A stretch of 64,000 nucleotides of DNA, from IMG/VR virus record IMGVR_UViG_3300031160_000001; one strand, written 5' to 3'. The position numbers and the translations under genes are program-made. Below the pieces are notes generated by a model that was not told where the DNA came from, made no database searches, and saw only the letters and a program-made list of their open reading frames with translations. Positions 15,787 through 27,209 of the stretch are shown piece after piece. Numbering within the stretch: position 1 is the first letter of the stretch; each line of letters begins with the position of its first letter. This DNA comes from a virus.

Positions 15787-18606
15787 TTATCCAAAACGCG
15801 CTATTGAATTCTGTAAAACCCAACTTCTTGTGGCTATTTTTTCATAATTTGCATAAACACTTGGATCTTCTAAAGCACCAGAATTAAGATTAATACCATT
15901 AGCAGCAGCCAATATTACTCCTGTGGGAGCAAACGTTAAGTTACCAATACCGTAAAATACAATAGTTTTTGATTCATTAGAAGAAGAACCATAACCTAAT
16001 ACAATGTTATTCCCCACTTCAACATCTGTTGTTACTTTAATTGTAGAATTAGATAATATTTCTCCACCAGTTATCTTACCACCATATATTTCAGGAGCGT
16101 ATATAAGCTTTCCATTAATAAATGTACCGCCTGAGTATGTACCATTTGCTATTGCCTGGGCTATAGACGTAGCATTTGACGCTACACTCAAAGCACTATT
16201 AGCAGTAGACTGTGCGCTAGTTGCTACAGGGTCACTATTTATATTGCTCCAATTAATGCTCCCGCCAGTCATCGTTATATTACCTGATATATTAGCATTA
16301 GTAGCTGTTAATCCATTCATTGTTGTATTCCCTTGTGAATCAACAATGAATTTATTATTTACATTTATACTCGATCCTTGAATATGTCCAGCATTAATTG
16401 ATGGATCTGTTAATGTTAAAGTCGCTGCTGTAATATTACCATTAGAATCAACATAAAAACGATCCGTCCATGTAGAACCATTCGTACTTGTCTGAATTGC
16501 TATACCCCTAGTAGCATTCATGACTATACGAACTTTTGAATCTCCCCTTGTAATAACAATTCCGTTAGATGTATCAATTACTACACCATTATAATTCTGA
16601 CCAAGATTCACCAATGAATCCTTAAAACTTGGATCTAATTGATCAGGCGGTAACCCACCTGTAATCGTTAACCTCCCCCCGTTAATGGTTACACCGTTCT
16701 GATCTACTGTAAAGATATTTACTCCACTCTCAGTTGAGGCATCTATTTTTAAATTTACACCAGCCAAAAGTGTACCCATAATTCGTTCAGCTACTACTCG
16801 ATCTGGTGTAATGACCGTCTTCCAAGTGTTCCCCCCGTCATTTGTTAAAGCAATATGACCATGCTGTAAAATAACCATTTTATCAGGATCGTTTAAATCA
16901 TGTATTCGAATACCTTGACGACCAATATCAACAGTTTCATTATTTGATGCTACAATATTCCGTTTTGTAGCATCCCATGTCGAGTGTATTTCTTCATATA
17001 CTTCACTAGTTTTTTCGCTTGTATCATTCCATTTCTTCACGTTATCTGACAACGTAGTAGATGAAGAAATAGTTTTATACATATCTCTAATAAATCTCTT
17101 TTCATCGCTTAAAATATCTCTCACATTAGCTATGGTCAAATTAATATTTTTATTTTCATAATCAAAATCAACTTCCATTATACGTGCTTGCACTCTTACA
17201 CCTAAACGTTCATGTTCAACTTGAATAGCGTCTCCAAGATTTAATCTACCCCAATTTTTCTGTTCGGTAATTAGTTCAAATAAATTCTCTATATTAATGT
17301 TAACAACAATCTTTGGCTCACGTAATTTATCAAACTCTTCAATCATTGTCTGATATAATTGTTTAGCGTCAATGATATAATTATTTGAATATTCTTTTTC
17401 AATAATAAATTGATTCAATTCTTCTAATTGCTCAGGTGTAAAATTATTTTCTTCGGCTAAAAGCGTTCTCAAATTATTTATATTGTTTTGAATACTAGTT
17501 ATTGTTGCTTTTACTGAATTAATTTCACTTTTTTTTGCATTTATCTGAGACAACTTGTTATTTTTTTGAATAATTAAACTGCTAGGGTCATTTCCATTCG
17601 CATTGGCAATAGAGATATTATCTTCTATCGTTGCAAGATCGTTTTCTAAGTCAAATAATTCATTCTCTAAATCAAACAACTCTTCTGTATGTATCTCTAA
17701 TTGTGATAAGTAGTTATTAAAATTTGTTTTATTATCTTCAATCTTTTTTTCATATGCTTCTATAGCTAAACATAATTCATCGCTCATATAATCACTGGAT
17801 TGAAGAACGTTACCGTTTCCATCAGACTGAAATGGATACATGAAGTAACTAAAAGATTGTATATAATTGCTTCCGGTAGGATTTACACTGTTTATAGTCA
17901 ATCCATTTTGACCAAACCCTCTAAGTCTTGTACACATTTCATCTGTGTTGCTTTCTCTATTAAGGCTTTTCAATAACTTCCCATATCTAACTCTAAAACC
18001 AGAATCATGACCTATACTTTCCAATTTTCTAAACGATACCTTTTTTAAATGCGTATCCCATACAATTACTGCACCAAATGTCTCAGCCACCTGAATAACA
18101 GCGTCTAATACAGAGCCACTTATCTCAAATGATCTATATTTAATATCAAAATCTGCATCTACATATCCCAACGTCCAACCAGTACCTTGCAACAACTGAT
18201 TTACTGTCGATGTTAAATTTAAAGAAGTCGTGGAAAAATTCTTTACGATTCTATTTTTTAATTGATACCCCAAACTAAAGCATTCGACATGTCTATATTC
18301 AGTATCTTCATCCATAATATCGTTAACTTTGGTTATAATATAATACTCTTCATAATTACCTTTAGTTAATTTAATATAAAAACGTTCTTTTATTTGATCA
18401 ATATGAGGTGTTTTCTTTAATTTATGTCTTTGATCTATATAAATAGGAAGCGAAAATGATAATTCAGATATATTTCCCACACTCAATTTATTTCTAATAT
18501 TGTAAGCTGAAGATAAATTCCCAATAGGATCCCTTCTCAAATTAACCTTACATAACTGGAGTTTTGGTTTTATTATTTTTTTTGTTGTGTCTATATTTAT
18601 ATACAC
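15787..18606 (-). CDS. Phage tail spike / Tal-like (prophage tail endopeptidase-type) protein
   Basis: CTRLRGFGQNGLTIN, LNLGDAIQVEH, follows Dit; likely GTG start at 18606 after GGAGG. Confidence 0.8.
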   Translation of the reverse strand: MYINIDTTKKIIKPKLQLCKVNLRRDPIGNLSSAYNIRNKLSVGNISELSFSLPIYIDQRHKLKKTPHIDQIKERFYIKLTKGNYEEYYIITKVNDIMDEDTEYRHVECFSLGYQLKNRIVKNFSTTSLNLTSTVNQLLQGTGWTLGYVDADFDIKYRSFEISGSVLDAVIQVAETFGAVIVWDTHLKKVSFRKLESIGHDSGFRVRYGKLLKSLNRESNTDEMCTRLRGFGQNGLTINSVNPTGSNYIQSFSYFMYPFQSDGNGNVLQSSDYMSDELCLAIEAYEKKIEDNKTNFNNYLSQLEIHTEELFDLENELFDLENDLATIEDNISIANANGNDPSSLIIQKNNKLSQINAKKSEINSVKATITSIQNNINNLRTLLAEENNFTPEQLEELNQFIIEKEYSNNYIIDAKQLYQTMIEEFDKLREPKIVVNINIENLFELITEQKNWGRLNLGDAIQVEHERLGVRVQARIMEVDFDYENKNINLTIANVRDILSDEKRFIRDMYKTISSSTTLSDNVKKWNDTSEKTSEVYEEIHSTWDATKRNIVASNNETVDIGRQGIRIHDLNDPDKMVILQHGHIALTNDGGNTWKTVITPDRVVAERIMGTLLAGVNLKIDASTESGVNIFTVDQNGVTINGGRLTITGGLPPDQLDPSFKDSLVNLGQNYNGVVIDTSNGIVITRGDSKVRIVMNATRGIAIQTSTNGSTWTDRFYVDSNGNITAATLTLTDPSINAGHIQGSSINVNNKFIVDSQGNTTMNGLTATNANISGNITMTGGSINWSNINSDPVATSAQSTANSALSVASNATSIAQAIANGTYSGGTFINGKLIYAPEIYGGKITGGEILSNSTIKVTTDVEVGNNIVLGYGSSSNESKTIVFYGIGNLTFAPTGVILAAANGINLNSGALEDPSVYANYEKIATRSWVLQNSIARFG

Positions 18607-18617
18607 ATCTTCGCCTC

Positions 18618-19406
18618 CTAGCCTAATAAAATGTATTGATATTTCCACTTAATTTTACATTTCCCGTATATTTTTAAATAATTATCACCATACACCATCT
18701 CTAAAAAAACACCGTTGTGATCTTTATATCTGTTTACCATTGAGAAATTCGTTTCAATCGTTTCTAATTGGCAATCAATCACTATATTTTCACCATCAAC
18801 AAGATCAGAAATTATAAGTTCTTCCCCATGATTAGATAGATTGACGATTTTCACTTCGCCATAATCAACTTTCTCAATATAGATAATAGGTTTGATTGGC
18901 AGATCGCCTTGATTCTCGAATACATAATCCGTACCATTAATAGTATTGTTTGAATAATCAAAAGTAGATGACTCATACACAGGCGAATAAGAATATGGTG
19001 AATCACAGCGGAATGTTAAAGTAACATAACCTTGTTGTAATGCATTATGAATAATCCTTGGAGATTCTACAACTAAACAATAAAATATTCGTTCTGGATC
19101 ATTTTCAAAATAGAGTGGTTGATAATAAGATTGTGCTCCCAACCACCTTGCAACTTCTCTAACGCGATCCGAATCAAAACCATCTGTAAAAAAAAATGAT
19201 AATTCAAACTGTAATGGTTCTTGTTCGATTTCTTGAAAATATGGTCGATCATTACCTCTAACACTTACTTCTCTAATCGTTCTATTCGCTATAAATTGCT
19301 CTTCTAATAATCCTTTGTTGAGATTAACATTAACAACACCCATATCTCTACTGCTAATACCTGCGTAATTAAAGTCTAAAGAGTCTTTGATTGTAATTGC
19401 ACTCAC
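18618..19406 (-). CDS. Distal tail protein (Dit)
   Basis: FNYAGISSRDMGV..., YVTLTFRCDSPYSYS, FENQGDLPIKPII; position after the tape measure. Confidence 0.85.
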   Translation of the reverse strand: MSAITIKDSLDFNYAGISSRDMGVVNVNLNKGLLEEQFIANRTIREVSVRGNDRPYFQEIEQEPLQFELSFFFTDGFDSDRVREVARWLGAQSYYQPLYFENDPERIFYCLVVESPRIIHNALQQGYVTLTFRCDSPYSYSPVYESSTFDYSNNTINGTDYVFENQGDLPIKPIIYIEKVDYGEVKIVNLSNHGEELIISDLVDGENIVIDCQLETIETNFSMVNRYKDHNGVFLEMVYGDNYLKIYGKCKIKWKYQYILLG

Positions 19407-19418
19407 CTCCTGAATACA

Positions 19419-19448
19419 ATGAGGTGAGCCAATTTTGACTCACCTCAT
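19419..19448 (-). terminator. Hairpin after the tape measure gene
   Basis: atgaggtgag...ctcacctcat inverted repeat. Confidence 0.5.
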
Positions 19449-19451
19449 AAA

Positions 19452-22400
19452 TTACAAGCCTCTCTTTTGAAGTTCTTTAACAAGCGTGTTGAATACTGTC
19501 TCTCCACCTTTTCGATCTCCAGTTATCTTTCCTATATTAATCTTGATATCATAATGCTTGGTTGTTGTTTCATTTCTTGATGTTAAATTAGATAGTCTTG
19601 GGATTGATATTCTTTGCATAAGATCTCTAGCCAACAGCACGCTCTTTAAAACATTTGACGTGTCTAATTTATCTAATACTAATTCTTTCTCATGTAAAAA
19701 TGCCAATTTCTCTCCCTTAAATTTACCTGTATACCCGCCTGTATCGAATTTCACGACTTTGTTTTTTAATTCCTCGTAACTGCCATCTTCGAATCCATAT
19801 TTGCGTCTAAGCTCATCGTTAATCGCCTTTAAATTTAGATCCCAAACTCCCGTGGCTTTGTAATAATCCTCAGCCATCTTTTTATTTTGTAAATATTGAT
19901 TCCAAGCCTCTCTTTTTTCATGGTCATACGAAGTCATATCGCCTACATTTTTCAACAACGACTGAACATTTCTGATTTCGTTAAGTATATTTTGTCTGAT
20001 GGATTCTCCAACATTAAACATTGCAGAAGCAACATTGTCTGAAAAATTCGTTAGTTCTTCCTGTAAAGTTGATAAATTTCCTATTAGAGCTTGAGTACGC
20101 ATTTCTTGGAATCTAGTTTCGTTCTCTATTTCATTCTCCCAATATGCTTCTGTTGCTTTTGCTTGCTCCTCTAGCCATCTTTTCGCTGCTTCGTAAGTAC
20201 CTCTAAACAGTTGTTCTTTAACTCTAACCACATATTGAGCACTTTCTTTTTCTTGCTCAATCTCTTTACGTTTGGCTTCTAAATTGTCATTTAATGATTG
20301 CTTTCGTAATTCTTTTGTACGTCGAAGTTTAAATTCCTCTATTTCTTCAATAATGTTAGCCAAATCTTCTTCTAACTTAGCTCTTTCTGCTATTGCTTCA
20401 AATGAATCATCAAGAGATAGTTCATTTATCCTCTTTTGAATCTTTAATTGTTGCTCTTGTTTTTTCTTTAATTCTTTATTAAATTCATCTTCTTCGGATG
20501 TGCGATCAATTTGTTTGATGATGGAGTTAACAATTTCTTCATATTTTTGAAGTTCCTCGTCTTTAGCTTTAATAAAATTATTATGAAGTTCTTCTAATGC
20601 TTCTTTTTCAGTATTGATAGCATCGAGAGCATGTTTCTTTTGCATCTCATAATGTCTTTTAATAAGTTCTATAGCTGAATCTAAAGCCGATTCCATATTC
20701 TTTTGCCATGCGTTTCTATTGTCCTGGATTAATTTTAATCGCTCTTCTAGTTGTTTCTTCTCTTCATTTAAAGATCTATCTCTTAAATCTTTTAATGTAA
20801 GTAATAAATCTCTTTCGTCAGATAAGGACTGGCTAAGATATTTAGCGTGCTCTTTTTGTAGTTTTTCGTATGCTTCAATCTGTTGATTAATTGACCATTC
20901 GTTATATTGTGTATTAAATCTGATAGTTGCAATCGCTTCATCATATGCTTTTTTCAGGTTCTCTAGTTCTATTTCCGCTAGGGTTTTTCCTGACGATGAC
21001 GATTTCGAAGTGGAGTTTGAAACGCCATAAGTTCTATCGTTTAGTAAACCACTTAAAACTTTTTGACTTTCTCTAAGTTCTCCTAATCGAGTGAGAATAT
21101 TATAAACTCTTTGCTGTTCTTTTAAGCTTGTTGCAATTCTATCATATAATTCGGGTGTATCAGACCAATCGGTAGTTACACCATTTACCGTAATACGTTT
21201 GTTTTCATCATCAAATAACATGTTCTTAAAAGCATCAGAACCAAAAATTTTTGAGACATTAAGTTTGTTTATCTCGCTCATAGCGTCAGCAAGACTATGT
21301 ATTGCATCAACCTCTAATTCGTATGCTTTTAAGCGGTCAGATGTGTTATCAAGAGTTGCTTTTGTTTTTTCAATCTCTGCTTGAATTGCATCATTTGCTT
21401 CTTGGATTTTTACTTGTCTTAATACTTCGAGAGCGTCAGAATTTATTTTATAACCATCGGCTGTTTTTTCTATTTGTGATGCTAACTGAGGATATTTTAA
21501 AATCAAATCAGCTATTGTGTCTGCAGATAAAGATTGTTGTTGAATTTGCGTATCAATGATCTGATTTAATCGTTTGATTTCATCAACTGGTTCCTTAATA
21601 ACTTCAGCGAGCGACTTAAATTCATCGAATTCTTCTGCGAGTTTTACTATGTATCCGATTAATCTTTCTGTTCCATCTTCTAAAATCTCTGTTTCATCAC
21701 TTAAATATTTGTACCCTTTAGCAGCTATTTCCGATTTATCTTTAACAAATCCAAGTTCATTACCAGATTCGTCTATTATCGGAATTAATGACTGGATGTC
21801 TTCTTTAGTAACATTGAGTCTGTTTATTAATGTATCAATTGTTTCAATAACTTTGGGATTTTCAGAGTAAATTCGTTTTAATCCTTCTAAGAAACCTTGT
21901 TCAGTTAATGAATCATCTTTAAGCAAATCAATTACATCGGTTGCTTTTTTATTCAATTCTTCAGCAGTTACCCCTGAAAACTCCATTGCATCAATTACTT
22001 GATACATTTGATCTTTAAAGTTACTACCAAATTCTATTCCAGCCAGAAATGCGGATTCATCTAAAAGTGTTTTAAAATAATCTCCTGCGCCATTGGTCAT
22101 TCGTAGAAGATCTCTGTTAAGAGAAATAAGTTCGTATCTATATGTTCTAAGCTTTGACTCTCCTCTGTGAATCGCTTCTTCAACATTCGCAATATCTTTG
22201 CCTCTTGCTGCAAGCTCATCGCGACGAGAATACAAAACATCAAGACGCTTTTGTTGACCAATAATACGCTCTTCTAGTTTTTCAATTTCTTTTAGAGTGT
22301 TTAATCGACTTTCATCATTTTGCTCGAATTTATCTAAAGCTTCCTGTTTCCTTAAGTCAGCAGTTGCTTTTGCGAGTTCTTCTGTTAACTTAAGCTCTCT

Positions 22401-25400
22401 TTCTAATGCATCACCTGTAAATAAATGCACTCTACCTTTTTCATCTATATGACTTACTAAAGTAGGCAAAAGTTCGGAAAGTTCTTTTGTAATTCTATAG
22501 TACTCTTCTTCTTGTTCTATTGATAAAGTAGAATTTTGTCTTTCTTCCTCTAAATTTCGATAGGAAATAATTAATTGATTTATTTTGTTTCTATGATTAA
22601 TATATGAATCAGTTAATTGGGCATTTTCTTCTTTAATACGCTTTGTTTCTTCGTTCGCTTTGGAAATGTGACTGATTAATTTTTCTACCGCCAAGCCAAC
22701 TCCAGCAACGATTATACCAATCCCTGTCGCTATTGCTAACCCTCTAAGCGCTCCTGCTAAACCAGTTATAGCAACTGTTGCAACTCTTGAAGCGGTAGTT
22801 GCGCCCGTGATGTTTTTAGCTAGACCAAACGCAGACGTGGTAGCTAATTTTTGTGCTACATCTTGTGAACGTATAGCTTCCGTAAGTTTTAATACATTGG
22901 TTCTCGCTTTGGTAGAAAAGATACCAAATAATGTACCAACCGTACCCAAAACCGTTGGAAGTAACCCAAAACGTTCGACTAAAGTATCGACATTGTTTGC
23001 CATATTATTAAGAAATGTAATGATACCCATTAATGTATCAGATAAAACGGCATCACCCATTGTAAGAGTGAGATTTGTCCATGCGTTTTTAAGCATGTTA
23101 ATACGGGCTTCGAATGATTTGAGATATTGTTCATTTTCTCTGTATCCAGAACCTTGGGAGTTTAAAGCTGTATTTGTTGCTTTTATGGCTTCGTCATATT
23201 GTTGCATGAGGATCAAAAACCGCGATAATTGATACCGACCTGCGATTTGTAATCCTATGTTTTGTTGTTGTTCTGCGCTTAGTTCTTTCCATTTCGAGGC
23301 CAAATCAGACAGGATATTTGAAACAGGACGCACAGTTTCTACACCGTCGCGAATTTCGCGAACAGCGACTCCAACTTGTTCTAATGCTTTGATGCTGGAA
23401 TCCATAGTTGTTATTCTAGAGAAAATAGTTTTTAATGAGTTGCCGATAATATTACCTGATTCACGAGAAACTTGTCCAATAGCTGTAACGTAACCAATTA
23501 GTTCTTGAAGCGAAACACCGAAGGTGTTTGCAGCACCCACCGATTTAGTTATTGCACTTACAATGTTTTGGGAAGTGACGCTAAAATTATTATCTACCTC
23601 ATTGATTGCGTCTACTGCAACTAATATCTCTTCAGGCAACATATTAAAGCCTTTAATAATTGCAGTAAGTCCACTTCCAGCTTCTTCTGGTGTCATTTCA
23701 GATATATTCGAAAACAAAGTAGCTGCTTCTGTAAGAGATGTTAATGCTTCTCCTCTAAAGCCTTGACGAGCAAAGTCAATAAAAGACTCATTGACACCTT
23801 TCATTTCATTCCCAAGTCTTGCTGCTAAATCTGCAGACTCTTTTAAAATCCTCACACGATCAATCTCGCCATTTGACACTCTCATAAGAGTAGTCATCTG
23901 AGAGTCAATTTCAACAATATTCTGAATTGCAGATCTTAAACCACGAACCGTCCCAAAGAATGCTGTACTAGCTCCCATCCAGATGGGGAATTTAATCATA
24001 GCATTCTGGAAAGCGCCCAAGAAAGTGCTTGTTTTATAAGTGGCGCCCTGCATTTCAATCTGCATTCTCTTTAACTCATTATTAACTTCATATAATCGTT
24101 TTTCAGTTGCAGCAGAAGTCAAATTCAATCTATCTAATTCATTTCGATATTGCTCTATCTGAGGTCTTGCACGTCTAAATAATGCATTATAATCCATTCT
24201 TAATAGACGCTGATAAATTTGCTCCCTAAGCTTTGCGTTTCTCTCTTCAAGAGCCATCTCATTTCTAATCTCTTGTTCTCTTTGAGATAATCTTTGTTTA
24301 ATCTGATTTAATTCTTTAATGTGATTCTTTGTTTTGGCATTAGATATCTGCTCTTCAAAATTCAACAATTCTTTTTCCGTCAGCAGCCCATTCTTTCTCA
24401 TTTGTTCAAGTTGATTCATTAGTGGAATTTTCTTTTGATCAACTTCAACAATTTTTACTTGTTCAGTATATAGCCTCCCATATTCTTTTGCCAAACTTTT
24501 TATTTGCTCAGGACTCTCGGCTTTTCTTGCTCTATTTTCAATTTGAGTAATTTCATTCTCGTCAATAACACCAGCCAATTTCATCTTGCTTAATTTAGAC
24601 AATAAACTCGTTCTAGCTGATGCTGTTTTATCTAACTTGTTAAACGTCTTTTCTAATTTGTCTAATTCTTGATTTGCTTGTTTAATATTGTTTACGTCAA
24701 TTTTATTTAACGAGTGTAAAACATTATTTAATGCTCCTGTCTTACCAGCAGGAAGTTCTTTGTCTGCACGATTAAAACTAATAATAGCAGACCTTAATCT
24801 TTCTATTCGATCCCTTACGGCATCAATTTCTTTTTGTCTTCGCTTGTTAAATTGCTCATTTTCTTTGTATGCTTGATTTAATAACTTCTCAGACTGTTCT
24901 AATTTCTTTATTTCATTGGTGATTCGTGAAAAATCAGCTTTGCTTGATTCTGGTGTTAATTTTGACAATGCTAATCTAAGTTTGTTTATTTCTTCTGATC
25001 CTTCACCAAAGGTTCTGGTTAATAACTGAATTCTATGATTTGCATCATCAGTAAACAACTGCAAAGCTTTTTGTGCTTCTCTATACGCTTCTGGATTTTT
25101 AACAACAGTAAATTCATCTTCATTCGTTTTAATTTCTCCACCATCAAAACGAATACCGTGAGTCGTTTTATTCTCAAATTTGTTCCCAACGGTGGTATAA
25201 ATATCTTCTCTAATTCTTTTTTGACCATCACCCAAGTCTTCAACAGTTTGCACAATTCGTTGTCGCATAGCTAAATTTTCAGCTAATGCTTTATTGCTAC
25301 TATAAATAGCATCAACTTCATTTTGTAGAGCATTACTTGCACGCTCTGTTGATTTGGCTACGTCATTTATTGCTTTATTTTGAAAGTGATAGCTTTGAGT

Positions 25401-25598
25401 AATTTTAGATAATTCATTACTCAAGCGAGTAATTTCATTTATAACATTCTTGTCAAGGGTAGCACCCAACTTTATTTTTTTGAGAGAAGGGTGTTTGGCT
25501 AATATTTTAAGGTCTTCGTTAATTTGTTTTAGTGATAATCCATAATTTAAACCAGCCGTTATTCGGAGTCCCATTTTTGTATTATCCAACGTTCTCAC
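19452..25598 (-). CDS. Tail tape measure protein (TP901-type core)
   Basis: 2048 aa, helical; TMP core (AVDAINEVDNNF, IGNSLKTIFSRI), TM segments, C-terminal FDTGGYTG..LHEKELVL. Confidence 0.93.
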   Translation of the reverse strand: MRTLDNTKMGLRITAGLNYGLSLKQINEDLKILAKHPSLKKIKLGATLDKNVINEITRLSNELSKITQSYHFQNKAINDVAKSTERASNALQNEVDAIYSSNKALAENLAMRQRIVQTVEDLGDGQKRIREDIYTTVGNKFENKTTHGIRFDGGEIKTNEDEFTVVKNPEAYREAQKALQLFTDDANHRIQLLTRTFGEGSEEINKLRLALSKLTPESSKADFSRITNEIKKLEQSEKLLNQAYKENEQFNKRRQKEIDAVRDRIERLRSAIISFNRADKELPAGKTGALNNVLHSLNKIDVNNIKQANQELDKLEKTFNKLDKTASARTSLLSKLSKMKLAGVIDENEITQIENRARKAESPEQIKSLAKEYGRLYTEQVKIVEVDQKKIPLMNQLEQMRKNGLLTEKELLNFEEQISNAKTKNHIKELNQIKQRLSQREQEIRNEMALEERNAKLREQIYQRLLRMDYNALFRRARPQIEQYRNELDRLNLTSAATEKRLYEVNNELKRMQIEMQGATYKTSTFLGAFQNAMIKFPIWMGASTAFFGTVRGLRSAIQNIVEIDSQMTTLMRVSNGEIDRVRILKESADLAARLGNEMKGVNESFIDFARQGFRGEALTSLTEAATLFSNISEMTPEEAGSGLTAIIKGFNMLPEEILVAVDAINEVDNNFSVTSQNIVSAITKSVGAANTFGVSLQELIGYVTAIGQVSRESGNIIGNSLKTIFSRITTMDSSIKALEQVGVAVREIRDGVETVRPVSNILSDLASKWKELSAEQQQNIGLQIAGRYQLSRFLILMQQYDEAIKATNTALNSQGSGYRENEQYLKSFEARINMLKNAWTNLTLTMGDAVLSDTLMGIITFLNNMANNVDTLVERFGLLPTVLGTVGTLFGIFSTKARTNVLKLTEAIRSQDVAQKLATTSAFGLAKNITGATTASRVATVAITGLAGALRGLAIATGIGIIVAGVGLAVEKLISHISKANEETKRIKEENAQLTDSYINHRNKINQLIISYRNLEEERQNSTLSIEQEEEYYRITKELSELLPTLVSHIDEKGRVHLFTGDALERELKLTEELAKATADLRKQEALDKFEQNDESRLNTLKEIEKLEERIIGQQKRLDVLYSRRDELAARGKDIANVEEAIHRGESKLRTYRYELISLNRDLLRMTNGAGDYFKTLLDESAFLAGIEFGSNFKDQMYQVIDAMEFSGVTAEELNKKATDVIDLLKDDSLTEQGFLEGLKRIYSENPKVIETIDTLINRLNVTKEDIQSLIPIIDESGNELGFVKDKSEIAAKGYKYLSDETEILEDGTERLIGYIVKLAEEFDEFKSLAEVIKEPVDEIKRLNQIIDTQIQQQSLSADTIADLILKYPQLASQIEKTADGYKINSDALEVLRQVKIQEANDAIQAEIEKTKATLDNTSDRLKAYELEVDAIHSLADAMSEINKLNVSKIFGSDAFKNMLFDDENKRITVNGVTTDWSDTPELYDRIATSLKEQQRVYNILTRLGELRESQKVLSGLLNDRTYGVSNSTSKSSSSGKTLAEIELENLKKAYDEAIATIRFNTQYNEWSINQQIEAYEKLQKEHAKYLSQSLSDERDLLLTLKDLRDRSLNEEKKQLEERLKLIQDNRNAWQKNMESALDSAIELIKRHYEMQKKHALDAINTEKEALEELHNNFIKAKDEELQKYEEIVNSIIKQIDRTSEEDEFNKELKKKQEQQLKIQKRINELSLDDSFEAIAERAKLEEDLANIIEEIEEFKLRRTKELRKQSLNDNLEAKRKEIEQEKESAQYVVRVKEQLFRGTYEAAKRWLEEQAKATEAYWENEIENETRFQEMRTQALIGNLSTLQEELTNFSDNVASAMFNVGESIRQNILNEIRNVQSLLKNVGDMTSYDHEKREAWNQYLQNKKMAEDYYKATGVWDLNLKAINDELRRKYGFEDGSYEELKNKVVKFDTGGYTGKFKGEKLAFLHEKELVLDKLDTSNVLKSVLLARDLMQRISIPRLSNLTSRNETTTKHYDIKINIGKITGDRKGGETVFNTLVKELQKRGL

Positions 25599-25664
25599 TC
25601 ACTCCTTTCTCTAACGATGAATAACAAAAAAAAAGGAAGTTCACCTACCTATAAAAGTATAGTT

Positions 25665-26684
25665 TTAACTGAAGATCTGGTCGCGTTCTTCTTCAAATTC
25701 ACGCAAATCATAGTGTTTAATTGTTGTTGAAACATCCTCGTGCTGTGCTATATGTTTAGACACTAATTCCAAACTAACTTTTTTTACTTCTAACAAATAT
25801 GTTATACAAGATGCTTTAAACAAATGGGGATTAATTCGCCTTCCTAATATATCAGACAATACGTTTTTACAAAAATCATCTGCCCATCCATCAGAAATTG
25901 GCTTAATTTCGCCACCATATCTTGTAGTAAAGATATATTCATGATCATACCCACGTTTTTCTACCCATAATTTCATGTAACGCAAAGCATCCGTATTAAT
26001 CATATACTTTCTTTGTTTACCATCCTCTCCCTTTCCCTTAAGCCGAATAAAATGACTGAATACATACGATTTACCATCAGGAATGGGATAAGATAAAATT
26101 TCAGTTTTAAATTGGGGAATCTCTGCTCTTCTAGCCCCCACGTTAAATGCAGTGGCAACCCAGGCTGCCCCAAGATAATTTTCATCATCTAATAGAGTTT
26201 CCATCATTAAATCATATTCTTCTTTTGTTATCTTTACTTTATTATATACTTGGTTTTTTGGGATCGATGGTAATCCCCTAGTAAAGTTTTTAAATGACTT
26301 GTAGTTTTCATCATCATCTGCGACTATATTTTCAATATAATTATTAAAACTTGAAACGGCAGCTTTTTTTAGACTAATACTACTAGAAGATAACCCTCGA
26401 TTTTGAAGAAAGCTAATATATCTTAAAAAATCGCGCTTTGTTATTTTATTTAAGTTTTTATCATTTAAAACTTCATGAACCCACCAAAAAAAGTGATATA
26501 ACGCTGATCTATATTGAATAAGAGTCTTAGGTGAGAGACTCCCTTTACTTATATCCAAAAACTCATTAACCAATAACCGATGTTCTTCTCTAACTTGAGC
26601 AAACATTTCCTCAGTAATGTCATCTGCTTTTTCAGCACGATCACGAAGCATGTTCATTTCAATTTTTTTAGTTATGACGATCAC
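25665..26684 (-). CDS. Tyrosine recombinase embedded in the tail module
   Basis: GARRAEI, RLKGKG, NPHLFKAS, QHEDVSTTIKHY; same position as in SPbeta-like phages. Confidence 0.85.
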   Translation of the reverse strand: MIVITKKIEMNMLRDRAEKADDITEEMFAQVREEHRLLVNEFLDISKGSLSPKTLIQYRSALYHFFWWVHEVLNDKNLNKITKRDFLRYISFLQNRGLSSSSISLKKAAVSSFNNYIENIVADDDENYKSFKNFTRGLPSIPKNQVYNKVKITKEEYDLMMETLLDDENYLGAAWVATAFNVGARRAEIPQFKTEILSYPIPDGKSYVFSHFIRLKGKGEDGKQRKYMINTDALRYMKLWVEKRGYDHEYIFTTRYGGEIKPISDGWADDFCKNVLSDILGRRINPHLFKASCITYLLEVKKVSLELVSKHIAQHEDVSTTIKHYDLREFEEERDQIFS

Positions 26685-26705
26685 CTCATTTCTTGAGTAA
26701 ATACA

Positions 26706-27209
26706 TCAATCAATCTTTTTGCCCTTGTAATATACTTCTTTACTAATGACAAAACCCCACCTATTAATTTTATTAAATTCTTCAATAGCTTTTTCTATAA
26801 AGTGAAACCCCTCATAAAATGCCAATCTATAAGGTCCAGTTTTTTTGTTCCATGTCCAACCCTCATTCAAAAGTATTGGAACAAATCCCGATTCCCCACC
26901 AAAAATTGATGGGTGCGTAGCCATATTTTTATCAAAATAAACTTCTATGTGCAATTTATCACCGTCATGCTTCACAGGTGATATTCTTATTGAATTTAAA
27001 AATTGATATGTCCTTTGATATTCTACTGGTTTATAAGAATCATAATAATCCTGTACCTTTCTTTGGAGTATTTTACTAAGTAAATCCGCAGCTTCTTTTA
27101 ATGCTTTACTTATTTCGTATGAATTTTTTATTACTTGAGTTGTACCATGTGGACTACCAATATATCTTGCTAAATCATTTAAATTATTAGCCCATTTCAC
27201 TCTTGTCAC
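26706..27209 (-). CDS. Hypothetical neck/tail protein
   Basis: 167 aa in the tail operon; YKPVEYQRTYQFLNSI motif. Confidence 0.55.
   Translation of the reverse strand: MTRVKWANNLNDLARYIGSPHGTTQVIKNSYEISKALKEAADLLSKILQRKVQDYYDSYKPVEYQRTYQFLNSIRISPVKHDGDKLHIEVYFDKNMATHPSIFGGESGFVPILLNEGWTWNKKTGPYRLAFYEGFHFIEKAIEEFNKINRWGFVISKEVYYKGKKID

Noticed and set aside
19558-25274. Short plus-strand ORFs within the tape measure gene
   Set aside because: Antisense shadows of a stop-poor coiled-coil gene
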